Assembly: GCA_964188305.1 (NCBI GenBank)
Contig: OZ076893.1
Source: Podarcis bocagei
Lineage: Eukaryota
Length of the DNA stretch: 64,000 bases
Strand: one strand, 5' to 3'
The stretch's first letter is position 1. Each line of letters starts with the position of its first letter. The translations under genes and the position numbers were made by a program. The notes under the pieces were generated by a model, which was not told where the DNA came from, made no database searches, and saw only the letters and a list, made by a program, of their open reading frames with translations. Positions 26,881 through 39,783 of this stretch are shown here, piece after piece.

Positions 26881-28012
26881 TAACTATAATAAAAAAATTA
26901 TTGGGAGTCCTTTAAAATCCATTTTTGTATTTATTTGTAGTGCTCTGCCCTGTTTGAGACTGCATGTAAACATTTCAATCAAAAAAACACTATTGTTTAA
27001 AATAGGATTCAGCAATTCTTGGGATTCAGGATTCTGTGTGTGTGTGTCTACACATACACACACTCCTATGCTTGAACACAGTGGATCTTCTGAGAGATAA
27101 ACTACTTGTTACATAGGAGCTCTGCATTTGGCGATCCTAATATAATTTTCTTCTTTGTAGAAGCAGTCGTGAAGATTTTCTAATTTTGATCAGGGCCACA
27201 GCATGAGAATGGGCGGGTCTAATGTTTTTCTCTGTGCCAGAACCTCAGTGCAGATCACCCAAAGCAACATGTTGGGGGGAAATGAGAGCCTGATTAGGGT
27301 ACCCCCTGCATCACGGCACTGATCCAAGTCACAGGGTCCACACATGCTATTTTAATGTACCATGTATTCGGCCTTGAGTAAATGCGCATATGAATGTGTA
27401 TGTTATAGGCACAACCCTTCCTGTTACCTTATCCTTATATTTCTTGAGATAAAGTTGCTCTGAGCAAATTTGGGGGCATGGGTAGGATAAACATTTTAAA
27501 AATAAATATTTTGGAAACATATTTTATCATTATTTTATTCCCATAATTTAAGAGTTATCTATTTTTATAAGAGAGTTGGTTTAAATTCTAGATAGCACAG
27601 AAAAGATTTATGATCACATGTGTGCATGCATATATACATGTGAGTTTCTAGCTGGATTCCACGTTATTTAAAATCTGAACAGAAAAAATGCTTATTAAAG
27701 TACCAGAAAATATCAGGGAAACATATTTCATGATATTTCAGACAAGATCGTCACAGTGTCTACCATAGTCCAACTTCCAATAGACTGTGTGGAGAGTAAC
27801 AGCCTACAATAGCAGGATAATGATTATAAGCAGAGAACATTCAGTTTCCATGATCAGAAGTGTGATTCAATCATGAACCTGGATTGCTACAAAATGTCAC
27901 ACAAATGGAGTGGGAGTTTTTTTCTGGTCATCTACTGTACTTGCAGCTGATGTATCGGGATGAGAAATATACCATACTAAGGAAAATGACATTTCAGAAA
28001 GCACCAAGAAGA

Positions 28013-28053
28013 TGAAGTTATTGTTTTAGGACTCTGGGTGTCGCTGTTTACCA
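28013..28053 (+). promoter_or_regulatory. CSE/CTCF site of V5
   Basis: tgaagttattgttttaggactctgggtGTCGCTGTTTACCA (CGCT box). Confidence 0.85.
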
Positions 28054-28324
28054 ACCAAGGCTGAACAATTTAGTAAGAGATTCAACTTTCCCATCCAACC
28101 GCTTCATTACAGAAAATGCAGAAAGAGAGATCACACGTACGGAATCTGAACAACTGGAGGATCTTATATTAAATCAAATCTGTATTTTAAATACAGGCAA
28201 TAGAGATATCTGTGTTGTCTGTGTGTATATATTAAGAATTTCAGTCACATACAGACAAATCTAAAATATAGCCACTCTATCAAAGAAGTAGGATCTTCAC
28301 CTTGGCACAGAAGTACAACTGGCA

Positions 28325-30739
28325 ATGGAAACCTTTTTCCAGGATTGCAGAAGGAGAGCTGTCTTTTGTTTCATTCTGGTTCATGTTTGGCAAGCTGTTA
28401 CAGGGCAGATTCATTATTCCATCCCTGAAGAAGCAGAAAAAGGTTCTTTCGTGGGGCCCATCGCCATAGACCTGAAGCTGGAATTAAAAGAGCTCTCACA
28501 CCGTGGAGTCCGCATTGTTTCTCGAGGTAGGACACAGTATTTTGCTTTGAATTATAAGAGTGGTCATTTGTACGTCACAGAGAGAATAGACAGAGAGGTG
28601 CTCTGTGGACAAGTGGAAAAGTGTGTCTTGAATTTTGATACCATAGTGGGGGATTCAATGAAAGTATATGGTGCTGAAGTGGAAATCACAGATATTAATG
28701 ACAACGCTCCCACCTTCCATTCAGAGAAACTGGAGCTCAAAATGAGTGAACTCACAGCACCCGGAACTCACTTTCCCCTCGATGAAGCTCGGGATCTAGA
28801 TTTGGGCACCAATACCCTTCAAGGATACAAACTCAGCAACAGTAGCCATTTCTCCCTAAATGTGCAAGAGGCAGTTGACGGTAGACAATACACTGAATTG
28901 GTACTGGAAAGGCCTTTGGACCGTGAAGAGGAAGCTATTCATAATCTGGTCCTCACAGCATATGATGGGGGAGATCCAGTCAGGACAGGAACTATACAGA
29001 TTCAAGTGACAGTTTTAGATGCTAATGACAATGCACCAATTTTTAGCCATCATAGCTATGAAGTAAGCGTTAGGGAAGATACTCCTGTTGGTACCACAGT
29101 GGTTATATTAAAAGCCATTGACCTGGATGAAGGTGTCAACAAGGAACTGAAATATTCATTCAGAAAGATCACAGAAAGGGCTTCACAAATATTCCATTTG
29201 AATTCACAAACTGGGGAAATTACGCTTGCAAGAGGCTTAGACTACGAGGAGTCTACACTTCATGAAATTGAGGTCCAGGTCCATGATGGTGGTGAACTCT
29301 TTGACAAATCTCAACTTTTGATATTTGTTACTGATGTAAATGACAATGCACCCAAACTGGAAATAACTTCACTTATCAGCTCCATCCCTGAGAACTCTCC
29401 ACCAGCGACTGCAATAGCCCTTTTGAATGTGCAAGATGAGGATTCGGCAGAGAATGCAGAAGTCACGTGCTCTATCCCCAGCAACCTCCCCTTTCTACTG
29501 ACAAAAGCCTATGGCAACTACTACAGTTTGGTGACAGCAAGAGCCCTGGACAGAGAGAAGGTGGCAGCCTACAACATCACTGTCACAGTCACGGATCACG
29601 GGACCCCTCCACTTTCCACATCAATTGTTATTCCACTTGAGATTTTAGACACAAACGACAACCCTCCACACTTCCTGCAATCCGTTTATACTTCGTATTT
29701 AATGGAGAACAACCCAAGAGGGGCCTCCATATTTTCCCTGAAGGCTGATGATCCAGACTGTGGAGAGAACTCCAGAGTCACTTATTCCATCATTGAGCAC
29801 AACATCAGTGACTCCCCAGTATCTTCCTTCCTCTCCATTAACTCTGAGACTGGGACTGTCTATGGCCTGATCTCTTTTGATTATGAGGAGATGAGGGAGA
29901 TTAAGTTCCTGGTCAAGGCCCAGGATGGAGGTTCCCCACCACTCAGCTCCAACGTCTCAGTGACTCTCTTCATCCTGGACCAGAATGACAATGCTCCCCA
30001 AATCCTTTACCCCTCCCCTCCCACTGATGGCTCCACAGGGATAGAGCTGGCCCCTCGCTCCTCAGAGCCAGGCTACCTGGTCACTAAGGTGGTGGCCGTG
30101 GATGCGGACTCTGGCCAGAATGCCTGGCTCTCCTACCAGCTGATCAAGGCCACCGAGCCAGGTCTCTTCACTCTGGGGCTCCACACGGGAGAGATCAGGA
30201 CGGCCCGCTTCTTTCTGGAGAAAGATGCCCTCAAGCAAAGCCTGGTGGTTTTAGTCAAGGACAATGGGCAGCCACCTCTCTCTGCTTCAGCCACTCTGAC
30301 TGTGGTGCTGGCTGACACCATCCCTGCAATCCTCTCAGACCTGAGCAGCATCTCAGCACCTGTAGATCCTCCGTCTGACCTCACCTTCTACCTGGTCCTT
30401 GCAGTGGCTTTTGTCTCCTGCTTGTTCTTCATCTTCCTCCTTGTGTTACTGGCCATCAAGTTGCACAAGTGGAGAAATTCTCAGCTGTTTGAGTCGGGGA
30501 GTGTGAATTTCAGTGGCGCTCCCGTCTCACAGTTTGTGGGGATTGATGGAGTCCGAGCATTTCTGCACTCCTACTGCCAGGAGGTTTCTCTCACCACAGA
30601 CTCTAGGAAAAGTCAGTTTAATATTTCTAAGGCAAATTATTCCAATACTTTGAGCAATAAAGATACATGTGAAATAAAGGATCCCTTCCTCATTGCTGAA
30701 GATATTAATAGCAGTAATGGAGATTCGGCCAATACACAG
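28325..30739 (+). CDS. PCDHGA: Protocadherin gamma-A-like variable exon V5
   Basis: Six cadherin repeats; gammaA-type signatures [14 protein letters not shown] and tail [27 protein letters not shown]; donor CAG|GTGAGC after 30739 (805 codons, phase 0). Confidence 0.92.
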
Positions 30740-31924
30740 GTGAGCTATCCCTTTCAGATCTGGGCTCTGAGGTTTTAAATATAATGCCTGCTATTAATTG
30801 TTATGTGCTTTTATGAAGAGGGGGTTGGAAGAACATTCTTCCACTCATATTATTTTATCTTTACTAGAATCTTATAGTTTTTGGTATTTGAAAATACCTA
30901 CGCCACACATACAACAAGCACACCACTTTTTCCCATAAAAACTAGACTTCTCTTGGTCAAAAGAAATATTTGACAGAGTCCCCCAGGAAACAAAGAATCG
31001 GAGTGAATGTTTGCTTACTCTCTTTGACAAGAAAAACTATTTCATAGTTGTTATATAAGTAGATTTGAGATCAAAACAATATTATGCATTTATTTGCCTT
31101 GTTCGAAGTATAATGTATGCCTAGTTCTTAGATGACACACACTTCTAAGTGAGGACGATACCCAGGTTTTATCACTCACCACTCTTGTGGATGGGGAAAT
31201 TCATTTCTAACCCCACATATGGTGACAGACCCATAATATGATCAAAACACATCAGCTGTATTTTCCCAATGGAAGTCTGAGACAGTTCAGGAGTTTGAGA
31301 GATGATTGGGAAGCTTTAGAACATGCTAAATTAAAACATTACAGTCATTATACAACAACTGCATTAATCAAATCTTATTAAGAAGTATGCAAACCTTTGG
31401 AGTTAATTATGTGCTTTCACACCTTGAGTATAAAATCCAGGGCTAGTTCATGTGAACAACTACATCACTTGTTAACTGTGTGAACACAGTTTGATCACTT
31501 GGCAGCTGAGCTGATATGTTGGATTTGTTTCAGAACATTCAACCATTTTATTTGTGGTGTGACATCTGTGTTCACACTAGATGTTGCAGTCATCAAATGA
31601 TAAATATGCACATGTGAACCGGGACCTACTGTCATCTGTTTGTAAACCTATTTAATTGCAGTCTTTGATTCTCCGTAATATTAAATATTTAGTTATAGGA
31701 ATTTGGCTTTATGTGACAGAGTATATTATCTTTAACCAGCAGTCTATGCATAGTGATTTCAGTTTATGTTTTTACCAGTTTAGGAGAAAGCAAAGAATGA
31801 GAAATATCTAGAAAAAGTATCTCAAGTATGAACAGAATATGTTTCACATAAGTAGACATATTAATAATAAGTGTATTGTGGCAATGCTTAAGTATGGCAG
31901 CTTTGAGAGGTTTTATATTTGAAG

Positions 31925-32130
31925 CCTGTGGTGCAATGGACAGAATGTTGAACCACGGAATCTTGAGTTCAAATAATTACTCATCCAAAAAGAAGCTCAC
32001 TGGGCAGCGTTGGTCACATCTCTCTCAGCCTGGCCTTTCTCCAGGGTTGTTGAGAAGATAAAATGGAATGATCCCACACTCACATACCTCTAAGCTGCCC
32101 TGAACTTCTTGGAGGAAAAGTGGGATAAAC
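31925..32130 (+). mobile_element. Old MIR/CORE-like SINE remnant
   Basis: gagttcaaat..gaagctcactggg..tctctcagcc..cagggttgttgagaagataaaatgg..ttggaggaaaagtgggataaa. Boundaries approximate. Confidence 0.55.
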
Positions 32131-32173
32131 AGGTGACCAATAATAATCTCTACTCCCCCACATTTGGAATTCT

Positions 32174-32310
32174 ATAGCTGAGTGGTGGAATTCTATAGTT
32201 TGTTGTACTCAGAAGGTCCCAAATTCAATTCTTACCCTCTCCAGTTAAAGGATCTCCAGGAACATAGCTGGGAACGATCTCTCCATGAGACCGAGAAGAG
32301 CCACTTGATG
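32174..32310 (+). mobile_element. Degenerate tRNA-derived squamate SINE head
   Basis: tagctgagtggtgg (A-box) ... cagaaggtcccaaattcaattc (B-box-like) ... ctccagttaaaggatc. Confidence 0.45.
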
Positions 32311-32458
32311 GAAAATGTGGTCTTCTCTGGTGTCTCATCTTAGAACTGTACGGCAGCATAGTTTTTAGGATGTCTGGATTGCTCATGATCCTCCATAATG
32401 GTAAGGTGGCAAAGCCAGGGGAACATGCAGCCTGTATGTATGATATGCAGAAAATGTA

Positions 32459-32828
32459 CCGTATTTTTTGCACCATAACACTCACTTTTTTCCTCCTAGA
32501 AAGTAAAGGGAAATGTCTGTGCGTGTTATGGAGGGAATGCCTGCGGGTGGCGGGGGGGGGGGGATCTGCTGCAGTCGTGAGCAGAGGATCCATGGTTCCC
32601 CTTCCTTCCCTCATCCGTGGTTACAAAGCATGGATCCACATGGATCCTCAGGATTTTTGCATTGGGCTACTCCAAACTCACTGTCAGATCACATGTCTGT
32701 GGCCACAGCATGAACCACAAAAATCATATATCCACTATTTTGTTTAGAATATTTTTTTTCTTGTTTTCCTCCTCTAAAAACTACGTGCGTGTTATGGTCT
32801 GGTGTGTGTTATAGAGCGAAAAATACGG
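32459..32828. mobile_element. Tc1/mariner-superfamily (pogo/Tc2-like) MITE
   Basis: 23-bp imperfect TIR ccgtattttttgcaccataacac / gtgttatagagcgaaaaatacgg; TA at 32457-32458 and 32830-32831. Confidence 0.8.
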
Positions 32829-33325
32829 GTAATTGACACAAGTATTTGGTAAAGTCACAAAGTATGAGAAGTACATACATGGGCGGTTGGGTTTATTGGC
32901 TGCTTGTCCTACTAGCATTAGAAGCTGTCCTGCCCTCAATGCCCATCTGAGACAGTCCCATGCAGAAGGATACTATGCCAACGCCAAAAGCAGCCCCCCC
33001 ATTTGCTCCTTTTAAAAAATCTGTAACATCTAATGAATCTTGTTGCAATTTTCCTCACTTCATTGGTTGCCACATGCATGGGTGGTGAAGCTTTGAAAGC
33101 AATGGCATCATGTTACACCTTTTGTTTTACTTTGAGTTCTTTTGGTGAGAGGGGGAGACACAGAACTGCTGCTTTTGATGCCAGCCACACATCCTTTGAA
33201 AGAACATCTAGTTCCAGCTTTAACGCTATTCATTTTCCCCAGAAAGATTACACAGAGAGATCTCTGGTCAGGCAGAAGTGTCCAATAAAGTATGAGCTTC
33301 TGGTTGAGAAAATGTAAATACTTCT

Positions 33326-33726
33326 TGTCAGGGAACTGCCATCAGTGTCCGAGGGAGAGAGCAAGCTCCAAAGGGATCCCAGAGAGCGTCCCGGGAGTGG
33401 GAGAGGCAGCCCATCTTCTGGGGAAGGGAATCAGCGTAGCTCCAGTGGAGAAGGGAGGCAGATGGGGGAATCGGCGAGGCGGTCCCATGACTCTTTGCCA
33501 GGGACCAGCAGAGAGAGAAAGAGTCCTCCGCTGCCTACGCCCTCCTTGCGCAGAAGGCTTCCGCGCAGGGAGAGTAGGAGGAGACTGGGCGTCAAAGAGC
33601 TTCTTTGCTGGAAGAAGTTTAAGAAATGCCCACTGACGGATTCTGCCAACGATTGAGACAGTCACGGGTGAGTGGCTGCCCGGACAGGAAAGGTTCACTC
33701 AGGCAACCCAGCCAGGTGTTGGGACA
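33326..33726 (+). mobile_element. Purine- and GC-rich LTR-like fragment
   Basis: Abrupt compositional shift starting at TGTCAGGG, CpG-containing, ending near ...ggaca; no convincing TSD. Confidence 0.35.
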
Positions 33727-34113
33727 AGCTTACACATGAGCAACCCCTAGAACCATTACACTTCTGCAAATGGAATTGTAAAAATACTGCATCTCTGGAA
33801 ATTTCTGATATGACAATTTCAGGAGCTAGAATTTGTGGCATTTTTGTTGGCAATAATGAAGGTATTGCGTGACCATGGAGTTTGAAAGTTCTCTTCATAG
33901 TCACAGTAGCAGTTCCAAGACATTAAAAGTCACTGGCCAGCATGAAAAAATCTAAAAAGTGAGTCTAAAAAGCAATGAAGTATTAATTCCAAAAGAACCA
34001 AAGGAGGGCATTCTCAAATATCTGACTCTTTCAGTTGTCCTTTTTACTGGAACACAAAGATATGATCATACTGGTAGTATTTCTGCTTTTTATTTTCATA
34101 ACAAAACAACATT

Positions 34114-34154
34114 TGCAATTCTCTCTCTGAGCCTCAGAGTGTCACTGTTGGCCA
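34114..34154 (+). promoter_or_regulatory. CSE/CTCF site of V6
   Basis: tgcaattctctctctgagcctcagagtGTCACTGTTGGCCA. Confidence 0.85.
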
Positions 34155-34419
34155 GTGTGGTGCCAGAAAAAAGGATGGAGATCTAGTTATGCTTCTCCTA
34201 CAAAGTGAGTGTTTCATCAGTTCTGTACAGACTGGACGAAGAGAAAAACACAAAGGCGTTGCAGTCTGGCTGAAAAAAAGGAAAAGGCTCCCAATCCTCA
34301 CAATCTAAGAAGGAGGACAATTTATATTTACTTACAGAGATTTCCTCTGTGTTATTGAGAAACTGGTCTGGTCACTACAAGCTGCAGAAAAGGAGGCAGA
34401 AAATTTCTCAGTGATCTGG

Positions 34420-36840
34420 ATGGACAAAAGGCAGGAAGAGGATGGCAGAACATTCAGAAGGCAAGTACTGCTTCTCTTATTTTTGCCTTTCTCCTGCTGG
34501 GCTGCCTCAGAGCAGATTCGCTATTCTATCCCTGAGGAGATGGCAAAGGGTTCGATTGTGGGGAATCTTGCCAAAGATTTGGGACTGAATGCCAGAGATC
34601 TAGGAAGGCGCAATCTGCATGCTGCCTCTGTGAACAAAATGCAGTATTTCAGTATAAGTGTAGACAATGGAAACCTTTATGTGAATGACAGAATTGATAG
34701 GGAGGAAATATGTGGCACAACTCTACTCTGCCTTATTAATTTTGAAGTGGTGATGGAAAATCCTTTAAATGTTTTCCATATAACAATAGTTATACAGGAT
34801 ATTAATGATAATGCACCACAGTTCCTCAGTGATATAACCAACTTGGAGATCGTAGAATCAACTGTTCTAGGAACCAGATTTCTCCTTGGGAAAGCAGAAG
34901 ATCCTGATATTGGGTTGAACTCTCTCCAGAATTACCAGCTGAGCTCCAACCAGTACTTCACCTTGGAAGTAAGGGAGAGAAAAGATGGAAATAAATATGC
35001 AGAATTAGTGCTAAGTAAAGTTATGGATCGAGAAAGTGAACAGACTATTCACTTGATCCTTACAGCTTTGGATGGCGGCGAACCAAGAAAAACTGGGACT
35101 GTCCAGATACGGATTAATGTCACAGATGCCAATGACAACCCACCTGTTTTCACTCAGGAGGTGTACAAAGTCAGTTTACCTGAAAATGTTCCTGTTGGGT
35201 CACTTGTGCTCCAGGTTGTAGCCTCAGATAAGGATGAAAGCTCTTATGCTCAGATAAGGTATCAATTCAGCAACATAGCAGCAAACACCCACAAGAAATT
35301 CAGTTTGGATCCAATTAATGGCATAGTCACTCTTACGGGACTGCTCAACTTTGAGGAAACTAAAGAATATACCATGACAGTAGAAGCCAAAGATGGTGGT
35401 GGATTGGTGGCACAATCCAACATTGAAATAACTGTACTTGATGAGAACGATAATGCCCCAGAGGTGACGTTAGCCTCCATATTCAGCCCTGTTCCTGAAG
35501 ATTCTCTGCCAGGAACTGTTATTGCTCTGATCAATGTAAATGACAGAGATAGTGGAGATAATGGGAAGGTTACTTGCTATTTACAGGATGATTTACCCTT
35601 CAAAATTCTTCCCTCATCTAACAATTACTTCAAGCTCCAGACAGACAGTCTCCTGGACAGAGAAAGAGCTCCTGCATATAATATTACAATCACAGCCACT
35701 GATAGAGGAACTCCACCTCTTTCCACACACAAAACAATCTCACTACAGATCTCAGATATCAATGATAATGCCCCTATATTTCAGAGATCAACCTACAGCA
35801 TCTATGTGCCAGAAAACAATCCTTCAGGTGCCTCCATTTTCACCATCAAAGCCTCTGATTCCGACATGGATCAGAACTCACGGATTACATACTCCATCCT
35901 CAACAGCAACATTGAGGAGCTTCCCATCTCCTCCTATATCTCCATTAATTCTGAGACTGGCACCATCTATGCCCAGAGATCCTTTGACTATGAACAATTC
36001 AGAGAGTTCCGGCTGCAAGTGAAGGCCCAAGATGGGGGTTCTCCCCCTCTCAGCAGCAATGTGACCGTCAGGGTATTTGTTCTTGACAGGAATGATAACA
36101 GCCCTCGTATCCTGTCCCCCTCACAAGAAGCCAAGGGCTCAGCCTTGTTTGAGATGGTGCCTTGTTCGGCCGAGGCAGATTATCTTGTCACCAAGGTGGT
36201 GGCCGTGGATGCAGATTCTGGACACAACGCCTGGCTCTCCTACCACCTGACTCAGGCCACTGAGCCGGCACTCTTCACTGTTGGTTCTCATACTGGAGAG
36301 ATCAGGACCGCCAGGGCCTTTGTGGAGAGAGACGCTGTGAAACAGAGACTGGTCATTATGGTGAAGGATAACGGGCAGCCGTCTCTCTCGGCCACCATGA
36401 CTCTGAACCTGGTGTTTGCTGAGAACTTTCAGGAGGCCCTTCCGGAAATGAAGAGCCAACCCAGCAGCTCGGAGTATCAGTCTGACCTGCAGTTCTACTT
36501 GGTGCTGGCCTTAGCTGTGATCTCCTTCTTGTTCCTCTTGACTGTCATTCTGGCCGTTACAATGAAGCTCCGTCAATCAGGGCATCCCAGGTTCCTACAG
36601 TGCTTTGGTCCTGTTCCCCATTCCAAGAATGGTGCCATCTTTCCACCCAACTTTGAAGATGGGACTTTGCCCTATTCCTACCAGCTGTGTCTGTCTTCTG
36701 AGTCCAGGAAGAACGAGTTTACCTTCCTGACACCAAATATACAGATTGCAGAGAATATTCTTAGCAGTGAGAAACCTGCTGTGCCTTTTACAGGCAATGT
36801 AGGAAACAATTTTGATTCTGCTGTAGATAATGGAGAACAG
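34420..36840 (+). CDS. PCDHGB: Protocadherin gamma-B-like variable exon V6
   Basis: First ATG at 34420 (the track ORF begins at a GTG, 34411); donor CAG|GTAAGG after 36840 (807 codons). Confidence 0.92.
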
Positions 36841-39523
36841 GTAAGGTTTGTTTTCTGAAATTAAATGCCATTATCTATCATTCTTTGCCATTAGTGACAT
36901 TGTCAGAGTGCTTTCTATCCAGCTAATGTGACTGCCTTTTTGTTTTTCATCATATAAATGAAAAGTTTGGCTCTTACATCATTTGGCTTTCATGAATCAG
37001 GATGCGTCCTTTTCCCTCCATGGGGAAGCTACACATTGCAGCTTCGAGCCATGCCCTTGAAACCATCTGGTAGAACTTATCTTGTTGTCATTTGAACAAC
37101 TAGTATTTTGAGGAGTTGACCTTCAACTACTTTCATTAAATTAAATAAAGTGAGGGAAAGAACTTTGCTTTTCACATTACTTGGCTTTGGGGGGGGGGCA
37201 GAAATTTTGGCTGTAGAATCAAAGGAGGGCACCTTACTATATAGCAGAAAATACTGTCACTGTTATTAGTATTACTAGCAATTTTTTAAAGCAATAGATT
37301 TTAAAGATATACGCTTTTGAGAGGTGCCTGTAAATTATGCTTTACTTCCTTCTCCATAAAATCAAATTCATAGGGGTTCAATAAAGGCATGTGTGTTCCT
37401 GCATGAGTGATGTAAAAAAAAAGTCATGTCAAGACTGACTGACTGGCCTTCTAGAGTAGATTGTGGATATTTTCAGCCCCCATATTCCTTTAAGTGAAAC
37501 CACATTGCATTAAAGCTCTTTCTAAACAACTGTCTGAAAGGCGGACAGGCGGACAGATAATGTGGGATATTTTGTTAAAGACATGAATTGTGCATTTATT
37601 TATTTTTAAATTTTATTTAAAACAAAAATAAAACAATTACATACAGCCAGAGAGTTATCTTCAAATACTCCACAGAGCTTTGCTAAAGTGTATATTCTAA
37701 AATCATTTCAATCTCAACAGAAACAAAATGGTACGTAATAACCTCCATCTCTTTGACTGTTGATCACAACTACAAATATATATTGTATCAGCAGCAGTGT
37801 TGGTCTGCAGGAATTATTCAAAGGCAAGAAGGAAGGAGGAAAAATAAAATAAAATATGTGCTTCATGCACGCCAAACTGTGCTGTAGGACAAGGCACCGT
37901 TCTGCCACATTCCTCATTGTTTGTATAATCTATAAAGTCATCCAAGACTGCATAAAAGTTATCATATTTCCCCTGGCCTCTTGCTATCTTCAATTTCCAT
38001 GTCAGTTTTTTCAATAATGCTACCTGCCAGATTGCACTGCCTGCGTCATGTATTTCTGCCTCATGATTTAGACAATAATAATGATAGTTAAATGATATTT
38101 ATATGTTTCAAAGGGCATTGCATATAATGGGTCAGATTCAGAATTAGTTATCCTTGGACCAAGTTAGTCAAGTAAGTCAATTCTATTTAAGTCTGGCTAC
38201 TTGAAGTATGATGAAGTCTGGATTTGACACATTATCTTATAATTCTTATATAAGTGAGTTCTTGTCAGAGGCAAAATTCATACCATAGAATTCCTGGTTC
38301 ACAGTTTTGTTTTTTACATGAGACCAGCTCAATATACATGAAGCAAGTTGAATTCTTGAACTGCTCTACCAACATGTTAGCTATGCTGCTTACATGGCAT
38401 GAATGCATGAATAGATGGATAACTGTATTTCTGATCATAGCATTGTGGGATATCTTAGCAGGTTCTTGAGTTACTTAAGCCTGCAATGAACAACCCCCTC
38501 CAACTCCCTGCTGGGCTCATGGCCAGTAGGGCAGATGTGAGGTTGGAGGAATGTTCTTGCCAGGATTGGTGCTAGCTGTTGGAAGGAATTAGGGGACAGG
38601 ACCATGACTGACAATTGCAGTGTGCTCAGCTACCACGTAAACATAGAAAAAGAAGTTTAAAAATGGAGGGGAAAGCTCAGAACATTTGAGGTTCAGCATA
38701 TAACACCCCAGGGCTAATTTATGTAGTTTTGTTCCTTGATTAAATGTAGTTGCATTAACAGCTGTAGCTTCCTAAAATACTGAAAGGACCGTAGTGATTT
38801 CTGAGTAGCTTTCTGGTTGTCCTGTCCAACCCCCACTCCCCACCGGAAAAATAGGGGTCTCCATATTGTTTGCATATGTAGAGGGGATGACCCATATCTG
38901 TGATATTGTGAAGTAGCTGGGGTGTTGTGTAAGGTCAAAAGCACACACCACAAACTAAATGAAATCAGCAAAGTGTCTATCGTAACTGGACAAATGGGCA
39001 GGTGGGGAAAATGGCAAAGGTAAATACTGACACAGTACATCTGTTGAAGGAGAAAGCTACACAAACAGACCAGAAATCGTGTGGACATAAGGTGACAAAA
39101 TAGGACTTGAGATGTGGCACTATTCTCAGTGAAATTATGTAAAGATAAACACACTTTTCAGACACGTCCTTAGGCTTTCCACACACAGTCTAAGATGCCT
39201 GTAAATACCTAATACAATATTTTTCTAATTTGTTTAAAAGTCTTTTATTATAAATAACAATATCATTCTCATACTTCAGTCTGCTATTCTGATTTTTTTC
39301 TAAAGAAATTGTGGAAATAGTGCTATAAATTCATTACTGCTTTTTCTTTGCTGTAAATATTTACTTGAAGCTGATTCCTTTTAACCCATTTGAATGGTGA
39401 ACAGATAACACTTTCTAACAGGCATATTCACATAACCTGTATGAGAATATGGTCTGAGTCATTACATAAAAATACTACTATGTCATGTCATGAATTAGGA
39501 GAGAAAAATCAGTGGGAAAAGAT

Positions 39524-39564
39524 TGCAGTTCTTGGTTTCAGACTCACAGTGTCACTGTTGGACA
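39524..39564 (+). promoter_or_regulatory. CSE/CTCF site of V7
   Basis: tgcagttcttggtttcagactcacagtGTCACTGTTGGACA. Confidence 0.83.
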
Positions 39565-39783
39565 AGGCGGCAATCCATGAGCAGCTGAAGTTGCACTGAT
39601 GCTTTCTGCAGAGAGATCTCTTTGTCCTAAACTGCACATCGGGAATACCAGCAGACGCTGGAAAAAACGTTTCAGCTGGAAAACAGAAAACACTGCAGCA
39701 TATACAAATTAAGCCAAAGGATCCAGTTCTTTTTTTACTGGGGGAAAATCTGAAATCCTGTGCTCATCAAAGAGAAGAGGAAA